A DNA stretch of 21,784 nt, taken from Candidatus Hodarchaeota archaeon. Its GTDB lineage: Archaea > Asgardarchaeota > Heimdallarchaeia > Hodarchaeales > Hodarchaeaceae. Made by a program: the position numbers and the translations under genes. Location: NCBI GenBank assembly GCA_029856365.1, contig JAHQWW010000062.1, forward strand, positions 1 to 21,784. Reading direction: 5' to 3'. The notes under the pieces are model-generated. The model was given only the letters and a program-made list of their open reading frames with translations. It made no database searches and was not told where the DNA came from. Below, piece by piece: positions 1 to 8,311 of this stretch. Positions within the stretch are counted from its first letter, which is position 1. Each line of letters begins with the position of its first letter.

Positions 1-3000
1 GCTTCCTTGGCGAAATTAATAGTTTTACTCACCGCATTGTCTACCCCTGATGTTTGGAATGCTGCTTGCATTCGGACATGCCACTCAGGGGAGAAATCAT
101 GAGCTGTGACAAAAATTTGGCGTATTTCTTCAGGTATCTCTGTAATTTCTGCTATTGAACCAGTTTTTGCAATCATTTCCATTAGTTCTTGTGAGTAGAA
201 TCCCTGATTTTTAGCAGTCTCTATGAAGAAGGGATATCCTTCCACTAAAATATCATCATCCAAAACTCGTCGTTCATAGGTCAGCATAAATAATGGTTCA
301 ATTCCACTTGAACAACCTGCAATGATCGATATGGTACCTGTCGGTGCTATTGTAGTTAATGTGGCATTTCGCATCATTGGATACTTTTCAGCAAAAATAC
401 TCTGGTCAAAATTGGGGAATGATCCCCGTTCTTGAGCCAATTTCTGAGATTCTCGAATCGCAATAGTATAGATGTATTTCATAATACGTTGTGCTAGCTC
501 AATCCCTTTTTGAGAATTGTAAGGAATACCTAATTTGATGAGTAAATCAGCAAAACCCATGACTCCTAGTCCAATCTTTCGGTTTGCTTTTGTCATTCGC
601 TCAATTTCAGGGAGTGGAAAGGTGGAGACATCAATCACATTATCCAAAAAACGCACAGCAAGGGGAACAACTCGTTCAAGCTTGCTATAATCGACATGGG
701 ATTTCAATGGATCGATATTATCCTTCTTTATCATCTTACTGAGATTGATAGACCCTAAATTACACGATTCGTACGCTAACAGAGGCTGTTCTCCACAGTT
801 CTGTGTTTTGACGAATTTGATATTCGTTCTCTCTCCAACTTGCTCTTCAAACCCTCCAATGAAAAAAGAGTGAAATTCATCCACTGTACCATTATAAACA
901 TCCTCCTTTCCTAGATATTCAACTTTTACAACTTTATGATTATACATGGTTGAGTGTTCTTTAAGCTCCCTATAACTTTTAAATCCAAATTTTGTTCCTA
1001 ATCTGAACGGGATAGAAGATTGTTTGCATAATCTTTCCCATTCCTTTTTAAAAGGTTCTCTGTCTAATTTTTCCTTCAATTCAAGATAACATTGTATTTG
1101 TTTCGTTCTTTTTTCTTCAGCAAGATTTTTGTATGTATTTTTTACACCAATAGTTCTTTTGATGATCATTTCTTTTTCTGAATTAAAATGCTTCATGAAA
1201 CATTTTCTGTTACAATAGCTGATTTCTCTTTCGTTAAAACTGATATGAAATACCTTACCACAATGCTCACAAGTCTTTTCAACCATAACACTATTGCCAT
1301 CTAAAAAGCATTTGAGATCTGTTTTTTGTTTACATTCTTTTAACTTTCTTAAGGCTCTCTGATGAAACCCTATTTGAGCTTTTTTGATATATGTCGGATC
1401 CTTCCATTTTTCATGAGATATCTTTGAGAGAAGGAGTTTTTCTTCTGGATTATTTTTATAAGATTGTATCCGTGATAAACTTATTTTTCTCTTTGTTTCT
1501 TCTGAAACTTTAACACCATATCTTGGGTTATTTTTTCCAACGGGGTGATAAAAGAGATTTTCTTCTTGGTACTTTTTCCACTTCTTCGGATCAGCTTTTA
1601 TTTGGAAGATGGGATTCTTTCTCCCTTTCATGGATATACTGTGTAAAGCATCATGTTCATCAACATGCATTATCTGAAGATTTTCTGGTGAATTATTTTC
1701 AGAATCAAAGTCTAAATGGTGAACTATATGATCTTCAGGTATTGGTTCATCGTTATTATGGAAAAATTTTGCAATTACTGTATGTTCTGATTTTTCAGAC
1801 CGACCTCGATTATACATTCTCATGTATTTCTTGTGGGGATTAACTGAAAATTTCCCTCTTTGAAATTGTAGTACTTTTGTTAAGATATGTAAACTGTCTC
1901 CAGATTGTAACTCATCTGTTCGTTTTATCGTTCCACTTCTAAGATAAAATCTATGGTTGGCCGTTGTTTTTAAGATCTCTCCTGAATCAAGATGTACTTG
2001 ATATACATGCACTTTTCTACCTGTTAATCTTGGTCTTCTCATTGACCTGACTGTTATTTTACCTTCTTCATCTTCTGTAAATACAGGAACATCACTTCCT
2101 TCCTCTGCTAATTGTTTTATTGGAACAGCTGACCTACCATCAGCTGTTGCTATCAATGTATCCCCTGTTATACAAGGATTTGTTGCCTCAATCTTACCTA
2201 CTTCAGGGGTTGGGTTAGTCCCATTTATTCTATCCAAAAAGACTATGCCTGGTTCTCCATTGGAATGAGCCATCTTGACGATTTCATCAAATACTACTCG
2301 AGCTCTCAATCGAGTAACTTCTTGGGAATTACGGGGATTGATGAGGGGATAATCGTCGTCATGAATTACTGCCTCCATAAATGCCTCAGTGAGCCCCACA
2401 GAGATGTTAAAATTATTTAAAGTGCTTAAATCTTCTTTACACCGAATGAAGGCCATGATATCAGGATGATCGACCCTTAATATTCCCATGTTGGCTCCAC
2501 GTCTTCGGTTATGAATGAGAATGCTATTAGCTACAAATTGATTTGAACCTGGAACTTCTATATCCATCGTATACGCTTTTGCCCATTCAACACTCTTAAC
2601 CTGCGTAAAATAATACTGGGGATCAGAAATCTTAGTAAAATGCTCATTATTACTAATAATATCAAATTTTTCTTGAAGAAATCTCAGTCTTTTTCTTGTT
2701 AAATTTCTTCTATGAGATGAATCCCCTATGTAATGCTGAATAGCTCTATAGAACCTTCTATCAGCTCCTCTCTTTCCTCTTCCTTTACCTGATCCTCTCC
2801 CAACATATTTGTAAAGTTGTCTTAATTTTTCTCCTTGGTTTGGTATTATATCATTGTACTCGAATGCTTTTTCATGGTACCTTGATTGAAATGTTGCTGT
2901 CTTCCTTTTTGATATAAATCCTATTTCCTCTTTAAATACTCTTAGACTTCTATCTGAGATGATTTTTAAGGTATAAATTGGTTTTTTCCCGTAACTATTA

Positions 3001-4367
3001 TCTCTTTTCTGCCGTACACTATAGCTAGATACAACATTTAATCCTAGTAATAACTGTTGTGTTTGTTCTATTAATTTTCGAGATGTGGAGTAGAATCTGG
3101 GATAACTGTTTGTATGTATATTCCCGTCTCCCTCAAACAAACCTTTTACAAAAGCTTTAGCTACTTCTGGATGAGACTGAAATATTTCTCTTGGAATGAA
3201 GGCTTCAGCTGATGATTCCTTCTTCCACCCCATATTTTCAAAAAATCTGTTTAGATCGTGAGAATAGAAAATTAAATCGCTCCAAGAAACATTATCCTCT
3301 TTCCTTCCAATTTTCAGGCCAAAAGAAAAAAGCATTAAATCTTCAATTCGATGTATTAAATCAGAATCTCTGTTATCAACACTAAAAATCATTCTTCCTC
3401 CAGTACTCAAGCAACCATCGGCCATATATAATCCTAAAATTTCACCAAGCTCAGGTGTCATCTTTTCTGGAATTTTAATGGGAGTAGCGTTGAAATGCTG
3501 TTCATCTATTTTTGGGAGGTGAATCTCTTGGCCATTATGACCTCCTAGTACAACAGTTACCCAATCTCCTTCTCGAATTTCATTAATAGTTTTCCAAATT
3601 TTTCCCCCTTTTTGATTGATACAAGCAATTTGATGATTATAAGTTGCTTCTAGATTTAATCCAATATCAGTTTTAAGCTTAAGAACTTCAGCTATACCAT
3701 TATCCATTGAAATTAAGGCATTATTATATGAATTTCCATCATAAACAAGCTCTCTTGTGAAGTTCTCTCCCATTGGGGGACAATCAAGTAATTTACCGAG
3801 TTTAATAACTCCTTTTGGAGTTCGGATGAAGCTATCAGCTGATACACATCCTCCTTGTTTAATGATCTCTGTAGCGGAATTGAAGACAGTCATGAAACTG
3901 ATCGGACCACTGGCAACTCCCCCAGTGGTTTGAACTTTATCATTGGCAGGACGAAGATGAGAAAAGGTAAAGCCAGTCCCTCCGCCTGATTTATGAATTA
4001 TTGCTGCATTTTTAATAGCGAGGAAGATAGAATTCATATCATCATAGACAGGCAAGACAAAACAAGCTGAAAGTTGATTGAGCTCTGTGCCCGCATTCAT
4101 CAAACAAGGTGAATTCGGGAGAAATTCTAAGTTAACCATCATGTTATAGAATTTTTCCTCATATAAAGTTGGATCGCTGCCATAAAGTGCTTCATTTGCT
4201 GCAATAGCCTTGGCTACTCGCTCAAAAAGTTGACCAGGTGTCTCAATAACCTCTCCTCGTTCATTCTGTCTCAAATAACGTTTCTCTAGGATAATTTTTG
4301 CGTTAGATGTGAGAATTGGCGGTTTTGGCTTCATAGACTTCTCTGATTCTTCTGAGATGAGAGTCAT
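1..4367 (-). CDS. nrdJ: Class II (adenosylcobalamin-dependent) ribonucleotide reductase precursor with two inteins; 3' end runs off the window
   Basis: Hand translation from ATG at 4367 is open to base 1 (at least 1455 codons). Motifs: ILEKRYL, FLPNSPCLMNAG, QLSACFV, HKSGGGTGF, ASGPISFM, KQGG/RRRGANMG, NFNISV, GEPGIVFLD, ATNP/CGEQPL, ESCNLGSINL, RKIGLGVMG, TIAPTGTISIIAGCSSGIEP, VDNAVSKTIN. No N-terminal ATP cone. Absent from the ORF track, presumably because no stop lies in the window. Confidence 0.96.
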   Translation of the reverse strand, partial: MTLISEESEKSMKPKPPILTSNAKIILEKRYLRQNERGEVIETPGQLFERVAKAIAANEALYGSDPTLYEEKFYNMMVNLEFLPNSPCLMNAGTELNQLSACFVLPVYDDMNSIFLAIKNAAIIHKSGGGTGFTFSHLRPANDKVQTTGGVASGPISFMTVFNSATEIIKQGGCVSADSFIRTPKGVIKLGKLLDCPPMGENFTRELVYDGNSYNNALISMDNGIAEVLKLKTDIGLNLEATYNHQIACINQKGGKIWKTINEIREGDWVTVVLGGHNGQEIHLPKIDEQHFNATPIKIPEKMTPELGEILGLYMADGCLSTGGRMIFSVDNRDSDLIHRIEDLMLFSFGLKIGRKEDNVSWSDLIFYSHDLNRFFENMGWKKESSAEAFIPREIFQSHPEVAKAFVKGLFEGDGNIHTNSYPRFYSTSRKLIEQTQQLLLGLNVVSSYSVRQKRDNSYGKKPIYTLKIISDRSLRVFKEEIGFISKRKTATFQSRYHEKAFEYNDIIPNQGEKLRQLYKYVGRGSGKGRGKRGADRRFYRAIQHYIGDSSHRRNLTRKRLRFLQEKFDIISNNEHFTKISDPQYYFTQVKSVEWAKAYTMDIEVPGSNQFVANSILIHNRRRGANMGILRVDHPDIMAFIRCKEDLSTLNNFNISVGLTEAFMEAVIHDDDYPLINPRNSQEVTRLRARVVFDEIVKMAHSNGEPGIVFLDRINGTNPTPEVGKIEATNPCITGDTLIATADGRSAVPIKQLAEEGSDVPVFTEDEEGKITVRSMRRPRLTGRKVHVYQVHLDSGEILKTTANHRFYLRSGTIKRTDELQSGDSLHILTKVLQFQRGKFSVNPHKKYMRMYNRGRSEKSEHTVIAKFFHNNDEPIPEDHIVHHLDFDSENNSPENLQIMHVDEHDALHSISMKGRKNPIFQIKADPKKWKKYQEENLFYHPVGKNNPRYGVKVSEETKRKISLSRIQSYKNNPEEKLLLSKISHEKWKDPTYIKKAQIGFHQRALRKLKECKQKTDLKCFLDGNSVMVEKTCEHCGKVFHISFNEREISYCNRKCFMKHFNSEKEMIIKRTIGVKNTYKNLAEEKRTKQIQCYLELKEKLDREPFKKEWERLCKQSSIPFRLGTKFGFKSYRELKEHSTMYNHKVVKVEYLGKEDVYNGTVDEFHSFFIGGFEEQVGERTNIKFVKTQNCGEQPLLAYESCNLGSINLSKMIKKDNIDPLKSHVDYSKLERVVPLAVRFLDNVIDVSTFPLPEIERMTKANRKIGLGVMGFADLLIKLGIPYNSQKGIELAQRIMKYIYTIAIRESQKLAQERGSFPNFDQSIFAEKYPMMRNATLTTIAPTGTISIIAGCSSGIEPLFMLTYERRVLDDDILVEGYPFFIETAKNQGFYSQELMEMIAKTGSIAEITEIPEEIRQIFVTAHDFSPEWHVRMQAAFQTSGVDNAVSKTINFAKE
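798..2174 (-). mobile_element. Intein 2 of NrdJ (459 aa) with HNH-type endonuclease, inserted at TNP|CGE immediately before the thiyl-radical Cys
   Basis: Starts CITGDTLIATADGR; KTTANHRF (block B); HNH motif HHLDFDSENNSPENLQIMHVDEHDALH (1641-1721); NUMOD3-like GKNNPRYGVKVSEETKRKISLS; C-x2-C-x15-C-x3-C (1200-1271); block F DVYNGTVDEFHSFFI; ends KTQN then +1 Cys. 1377 nt, in frame. Confidence 0.95.
2508..3848 (-). mobile_element. Intein 1 of NrdJ (447 aa) with LAGLIDADG homing endonuclease, inserted at KQGG|RRRGANM; +1 residue is Arg
   Basis: Starts CVSADSFIRTPKG (block A); EATYNHQI (block B TxxH); LGEILGLYMADG (3414-3449) and FVKGLFEGDG (3123-3152); ends YTMDIEVPGSNQFVANSILIHN. 1341 nt, in frame. 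Removal restores KQGGRRRGANMG. Confidence 0.95.
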
Positions 4368-4800
4368 AATTTTAGTCACTTTATTTAAAATGAAATGAGG
4401 TTAGGTTACAATAGTTCTATCTATTGAGAGTGAATTAGTCTTCCAAGAGGAGTCCAAACTAGAGTGTCTTTCCATTAATTGATTATGAAATATCATTTAA
4501 GAACCCAAAAAAATGATGGTGTACTAATAATGATTAAGCGGTTAGGAACAATAACAGCTCAAACCATTTTTGCTCCTCAAATCGCAGACTTGAGAACGCT
4601 CGATACTAATTAAAAAATTAATTCATTCCTTAGTAGTACGCAAAAATGTCGGATTTGATATTGGATAAAGATAATTTTTATGTGTATCACAAATTTTCGT
4701 TTTGACATGAAATAAGGTCGGATTAAAATGACTAGAAACTGATTGACAATTAGATGTAATAATCAGTAAGTACTGGGATATTACCTCGGAAATATGCTTG

Positions 4801-4850
4801 TTTTAAACCATCCATAATATCAAGTTCTTCAACCAACAAAAAGAGGTTGA
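4801..4850 (+). promoter_or_regulatory. Putative TATA box and ribosome-binding site of the RHH gene
   Basis: TTTTAAA at 4801-4807, about 55 nt before ATG 4860; GAGGTTGA at 4843-4850 resembles the archaeal SD GAGGTGA. Confidence 0.4.
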
Positions 4851-4859
4851 TAATCCAAG

Positions 4860-5045
4860 ATGATGAAACTTATAACAGTGCATCTACCAAATGATCAGGT
4901 ATTAGGACTTGACGAGTTAGTGCGCAGTGGACGGTACCCTAATCGGAGTGAAGCTATCCGCTTTGCTATCCGTGATATGCTGAAAGACGAATTGTGGAGC
5001 CTTCGTGCTAGTTCATTGATTCCCCAATCTCGAGAGGTTTATTAA
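4860..5045 (+). CDS. Ribbon-helix-helix (CopG/Arc/MetJ family) transcriptional regulator, CdrS-like
   Basis: 61 aa: alternating beta strand KLITVHL, helix A, then GRYPNRSEAIRFAIRDML typical of small archaeal RHH proteins; SD-like sequence upstream. Confidence 0.9.
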   Translation: MMKLITVHLPNDQVLGLDELVRSGRYPNRSEAIRFAIRDMLKDELWSLRASSLIPQSREVY

Positions 5046-5230
5046 TCCCACTATTGATTTCCAAGATAAGTAACTGACCAAAAGTGGGAGAAATAATCCT
5101 ACTATCAATAAGAGCAGTATATGATCAATGCTGTTTTTTCACAAAGAGCTAAAGATTCTTGATTAGTGTTACTCATTCCGAAACTGCATTTTAAGTAGTT
5201 GACTTTATTTAGTCTATTTTGGGCATTCTA

Positions 5231-5836
5231 ATGAATGAGAAAAGAACAGTTAAGCGTTGGCGAACTGTCAAGTCGAAAACTCCCATAATCGGAATTGATG
5301 ACGGGGGATTTGATCGGTTTTCTGAAGAAGATATAAATATCCCAGTTTTTGGCGTCATCATGAAAGGATCAGCATATGTTGATGGCATCATCCAATGTTA
5401 TCTTAAGAAAGATGATCCTCAAGCCACTACCACCATCACTCAGATGATCTTAGATTCAACGCATAAAAATCAGTTAAAAACAATATTTTTACAGGGGATC
5501 ACGATTGCTGGCTTTGGAGTTTTAGATATTGTTGAAATGTATGAAATAACGGGAATTCCTGTTATTGTTGTGCTTCGAAAATATCCCGATTATTTAAAAA
5601 TTAAAAGTGCTTTAGATAAGGCCTTTCCTACTGACCAAGATAGATGGCAAAGTATATTGCGTGCTGGAGAGCCGATAAAAGCGAAGAAGGATCCTATTCT
5701 TTTCCTCCAACTAGCTGGAATTCATCCAAAAGATGCTTATCTACTTATTAAGGCATGTACGGCCGTTGGTACTATTCCAGAAGCTTTGAGGATTGCTCAC
5801 TTCATTGGAGCAAGTTATTTTCATTATTCATATTAA
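5231..5836 (+). CDS. DUF99/UPF0215 family protein (endonuclease V-like fold)
   Basis: IIGIDDGGF, GVIMKG..VDG, D..AT, GITIAGFGVLDI, TGIPVIVV, IPEALRIAH. ATG 5231 preferred over TTG 5219. Confidence 0.88.
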   Translation: MNEKRTVKRWRTVKSKTPIIGIDDGGFDRFSEEDINIPVFGVIMKGSAYVDGIIQCYLKKDDPQATTTITQMILDSTHKNQLKTIFLQGITIAGFGVLDIVEMYEITGIPVIVVLRKYPDYLKIKSALDKAFPTDQDRWQSILRAGEPIKAKKDPILFLQLAGIHPKDAYLLIKACTAVGTIPEALRIAHFIGASYFHYSY

Positions 5837-5838
5837 AT

Positions 5839-5859
5839 GAAGCTTAAGCTTTAAGCTTC
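5839..5859. terminator. Inverted repeat between convergent DUF99 and GT2 genes, possible bidirectional terminator
   Basis: GAAGCTTAA-GCT-TTAAGCTTC: perfect 9-bp arms spanning most of the 14-nt gap and the GT2 stop codon. Confidence 0.4.
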
Positions 5860-7395
5860 TTGATGCCCTTTTTCTATCTGGGGAGTAGATATTTCCTCGT
5901 ACAGGAGAACAGCTGGTGCTAATAACCAGCTAAATCCGCCTCCAATTACAAATAAAGAAAAACTGCTTGATATGCACAAGATTCCGATTACAATTAAAAT
6001 TCCAGACAGACTGAAAATCAAAATGGAATTTCTAATCACATGTATTTCTCGATTCCAAACACTCCCTTCACTTAAAGGAGTATTTTTAAGTAATAATCCT
6101 TCTATTACACCAGAGATAATGAAAAGAAAAGCACCTAATGAGAATAAATAGAAAGGTATCAGCTGTAATAATCGTATAATCAAGTTTTGTTCCCTCTTCT
6201 CCCAAATAATGGCTAATAGAGCTGCTAAGGTATAAGATATACTTACCAGCGTCGGCATCAGGTATCCTAAATGAAATCCAAAGAACTCGCTTCGTAAAAA
6301 AGGGATATCATTTAGCATCATTATTGCCAAGAGTGTCACCAGAAAAACTATACTAATTCCTGAAAAAAAGGCCATTGCATTCAGGATCAATTCAAATTTT
6401 TTTTTCCATCCGAGGTAAGGTGAGGATAGGATCGATCGTAATCGTATTCGGAGGATATTACAAGCACCATGTGCCCAGCGCCACAACTGAGCTACTTGGG
6501 CTTTAGCTGTCTCAGGAACAAGTCCATACGACCCAATAAAATCTAGATATCTTCCCTCATAACCCAGCGATAGAATTTTCATTGATGTATCGATATCTTC
6601 AATCAATGTATCTTCAGAAAAGCCACCAATTTGAATTAGAACTTCTTTTCGGAAACAGCCTGTTGTACCATTAAAAAGTACAACCCCCCGTTGTTCTTTC
6701 GCTGCCTCAAAAACTTCATAAAACTGGGAATATAGAATAGAGTTGGCAGCTTGATATAATCTTTGTGTGTTTCTATAAGAGACTTTAGCTTGGATGTAAC
6801 CAACTTTTTTATCCGATATTGCCTTTGAGAATTCCGTCAATAAGTTTGGGACTGGGATGTGATCAGAATCTAAAATTACTATAAAATCCCCTCGAGTTAA
6901 ATTAAGCACAGCGTTAATATTTCCAGCTTTAAAGCCTCGTGTGTCTGGTTTATGATAAAATTGAATCTGATGTTTTTCGCAAAGCTCCTTTAACTGCTTA
7001 GTAACATTGGGATCCTGCCCATTGTCACTTACAATGATATCATAATGTGTATATTCTATTCTTAGGGCTCCCTTTATAGTCTTCTTAAGTACCGAATAGG
7101 GAGTACCATGGGAAGGTATAATAATAGTAAAAGACGGAGCTGTTATATAATTTTGATCTTGGGAGATAGATTGATACCGAAAATGAAACGCACCAGAAAT
7201 CATGTAAAAAAGATAGAATGCAAACAAAAATCCAAACAGTTCAATCATAAGAAGAAATACGTTAAGTAATATGGTTACAAAGTCTATATGAGAGAGGATC
7301 ATAATAATACTAGATATTGTATAAATAGGAATCACGATCAGAATAAGAACAGAGATGACAAGAGTTATCCACGATAAAAAGCGATATACCCACAT
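5851..7395 (-). CDS. Membrane-integral processive GT2 glycosyltransferase (cellulose synthase-like)
   Basis: D, DxD, D, QxxRW signature: VSDNG, FKAGNIN, LDSDH, FNGTTGCFR, TLIED, QLWRW; two N-terminal and about five C-terminal hydrophobic helices; no room for a PilZ domain. Confidence 0.9.
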   Translation of the reverse strand: MWVYRFLSWITLVISVLILIVIPIYTISSIIMILSHIDFVTILLNVFLLMIELFGFLFAFYLFYMISGAFHFRYQSISQDQNYITAPSFTIIIPSHGTPYSVLKKTIKGALRIEYTHYDIIVSDNGQDPNVTKQLKELCEKHQIQFYHKPDTRGFKAGNINAVLNLTRGDFIVILDSDHIPVPNLLTEFSKAISDKKVGYIQAKVSYRNTQRLYQAANSILYSQFYEVFEAAKEQRGVVLFNGTTGCFRKEVLIQIGGFSEDTLIEDIDTSMKILSLGYEGRYLDFIGSYGLVPETAKAQVAQLWRWAHGACNILRIRLRSILSSPYLGWKKKFELILNAMAFFSGISIVFLVTLLAIMMLNDIPFLRSEFFGFHLGYLMPTLVSISYTLAALLAIIWEKREQNLIIRLLQLIPFYLFSLGAFLFIISGVIEGLLLKNTPLSEGSVWNREIHVIRNSILIFSLSGILIVIGILCISSSFSLFVIGGGFSWLLAPAVLLYEEISTPQIEKGHQEA

Positions 7396-7428
7396 TTGAT
7401 GTGTTCTTCCAAGTTCTAACAGTCTTAG

Positions 7429-8274
7429 CTAAAAATCGAGTTTTCCAGCTAGGAAGTCAGACCAACCCTTCTTATATTTCTCAGGACTGTTTATATGATT
7501 CCAATAGACTGGAGGTTCTGGAAAATATCCATAAAGGAGCTCTTCTTTAGCTAGAGTAGGAAACACATCCTTCTCTAAGGATGAAACTTGTTTCTCTATA
7601 TATGTGAAAATCTCTGGTTCAAAAATGTAAATACCTGCATTAATGAAATTCAATCCTTTTTTTCCACCAGTGATAAATCGTGTAATTTTTTTACTTTTTT
7701 CATCAAAATCAACTTGGCCGTTACTATTTTCAAGAATAAACATTGTGGCTATTCCACCCTCTTTGATTTTTCGACGATGGAATTCTATTAATAAACCAAG
7801 ATTCAAGTCAGTGATTAGATCTCCATTCATAACTAAGAATGTAGACTTAAACTGTTTCTGGGCATTTAATACTGCTCCTGCAGTATCCAAAGGTGTATCT
7901 TCGGAAATAAATCCAATTTCGACACCTGGAATCTTTTTCTCTGAGAATTGCTGTTGGATGTGTTCTTGAAGATATCCTACTGAAAGAAAAATATCTGTTA
8001 AAGCATGCCGTCGTAACAAATCTATAGAATATTCAATAATTGGTTTATAGCCAATTGGTAACATAACAGCTGGAGTTGCAACAGAAATCGGACGAAAGCT
8101 GGTTCCTCGACCTCCGCATAATATCAGGGACTTAATAGTGTGAGCTTCTAGTGCAACCTTTAATGCTTGGATAATAAACTGCTTAACATTGCCGTGTCCC
8201 GCTACTTCTACCAAATTCAGCCAGAAAGTGTTTGAGAACTCTATCGTATATTTATGAATGTCCTTATTTTTCAT
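7429..8274 (-). CDS. Sugar-phosphate nucleotidyltransferase-fold protein (mannose-1-P guanylyltransferase-like), catalytically degenerate, with N-terminal RHH-like extension
   Basis: LILCGGRGT, LPIGYKPII, EDTPLDTAGA, FLVMNGD, INAGIYIFEP, SLEKDVFP. Catalytic Arg, Lys, the EKP motif and the late Asp are substituted. About 45 extra N-terminal residues; no C-terminal beta-helix. Confidence 0.85.
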   Translation of the reverse strand: MKNKDIHKYTIEFSNTFWLNLVEVAGHGNVKQFIIQALKVALEAHTIKSLILCGGRGTSFRPISVATPAVMLPIGYKPIIEYSIDLLRRHALTDIFLSVGYLQEHIQQQFSEKKIPGVEIGFISEDTPLDTAGAVLNAQKQFKSTFLVMNGDLITDLNLGLLIEFHRRKIKEGGIATMFILENSNGQVDFDEKSKKITRFITGGKKGLNFINAGIYIFEPEIFTYIEKQVSSLEKDVFPTLAKEELLYGYFPEPPVYWNHINSPEKYKKGWSDFLAGKLDF

Positions 8275-8311
8275 TGAAAATCATTCTCAATACTATTTGA
8301 AAGGGTAGGGG

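Noticed and set aside
1523-1843. 106-aa plus-strand ORF from the track
   Set aside because: Antisense to the HNH region of intein 2 within nrdJ; no recognisable motifs.
2508-2531. Alternative intein 1 end at Ala-Asn|Ser (FVAN|SILIHN), which would supply a Ser nucleophile
   Set aside because: FVANSILIHN matches the standard block F/G pattern FxANGIxxHN, and splicing there would leave six extra residues in loop 2.
4368-4859. Cobalamin riboswitch or NrdR boxes upstream of nrdJ
   Set aside because: I could not find a B12-box or a convincing NrdR consensus on either strand by eye; a covariance-model search would be needed to exclude an RNA.
5014-5176. Minus-strand hydrophobic peptide (ILLLLIVGLFLPLLVSYLSW) between the RHH and DUF99 genes
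   Set aside because: Its frame has no ATG and would need a frameshift at an A6 run; it overlaps the RHH gene, and such peptides arise easily in AT-rich DNA.
4860-5836. Toxin-antitoxin pair (RHH antitoxin plus nuclease toxin)
   Set aside because: The genes are about 185 nt apart rather than coupled, and DUF99 is not a recognised RelE/PIN-type toxin.
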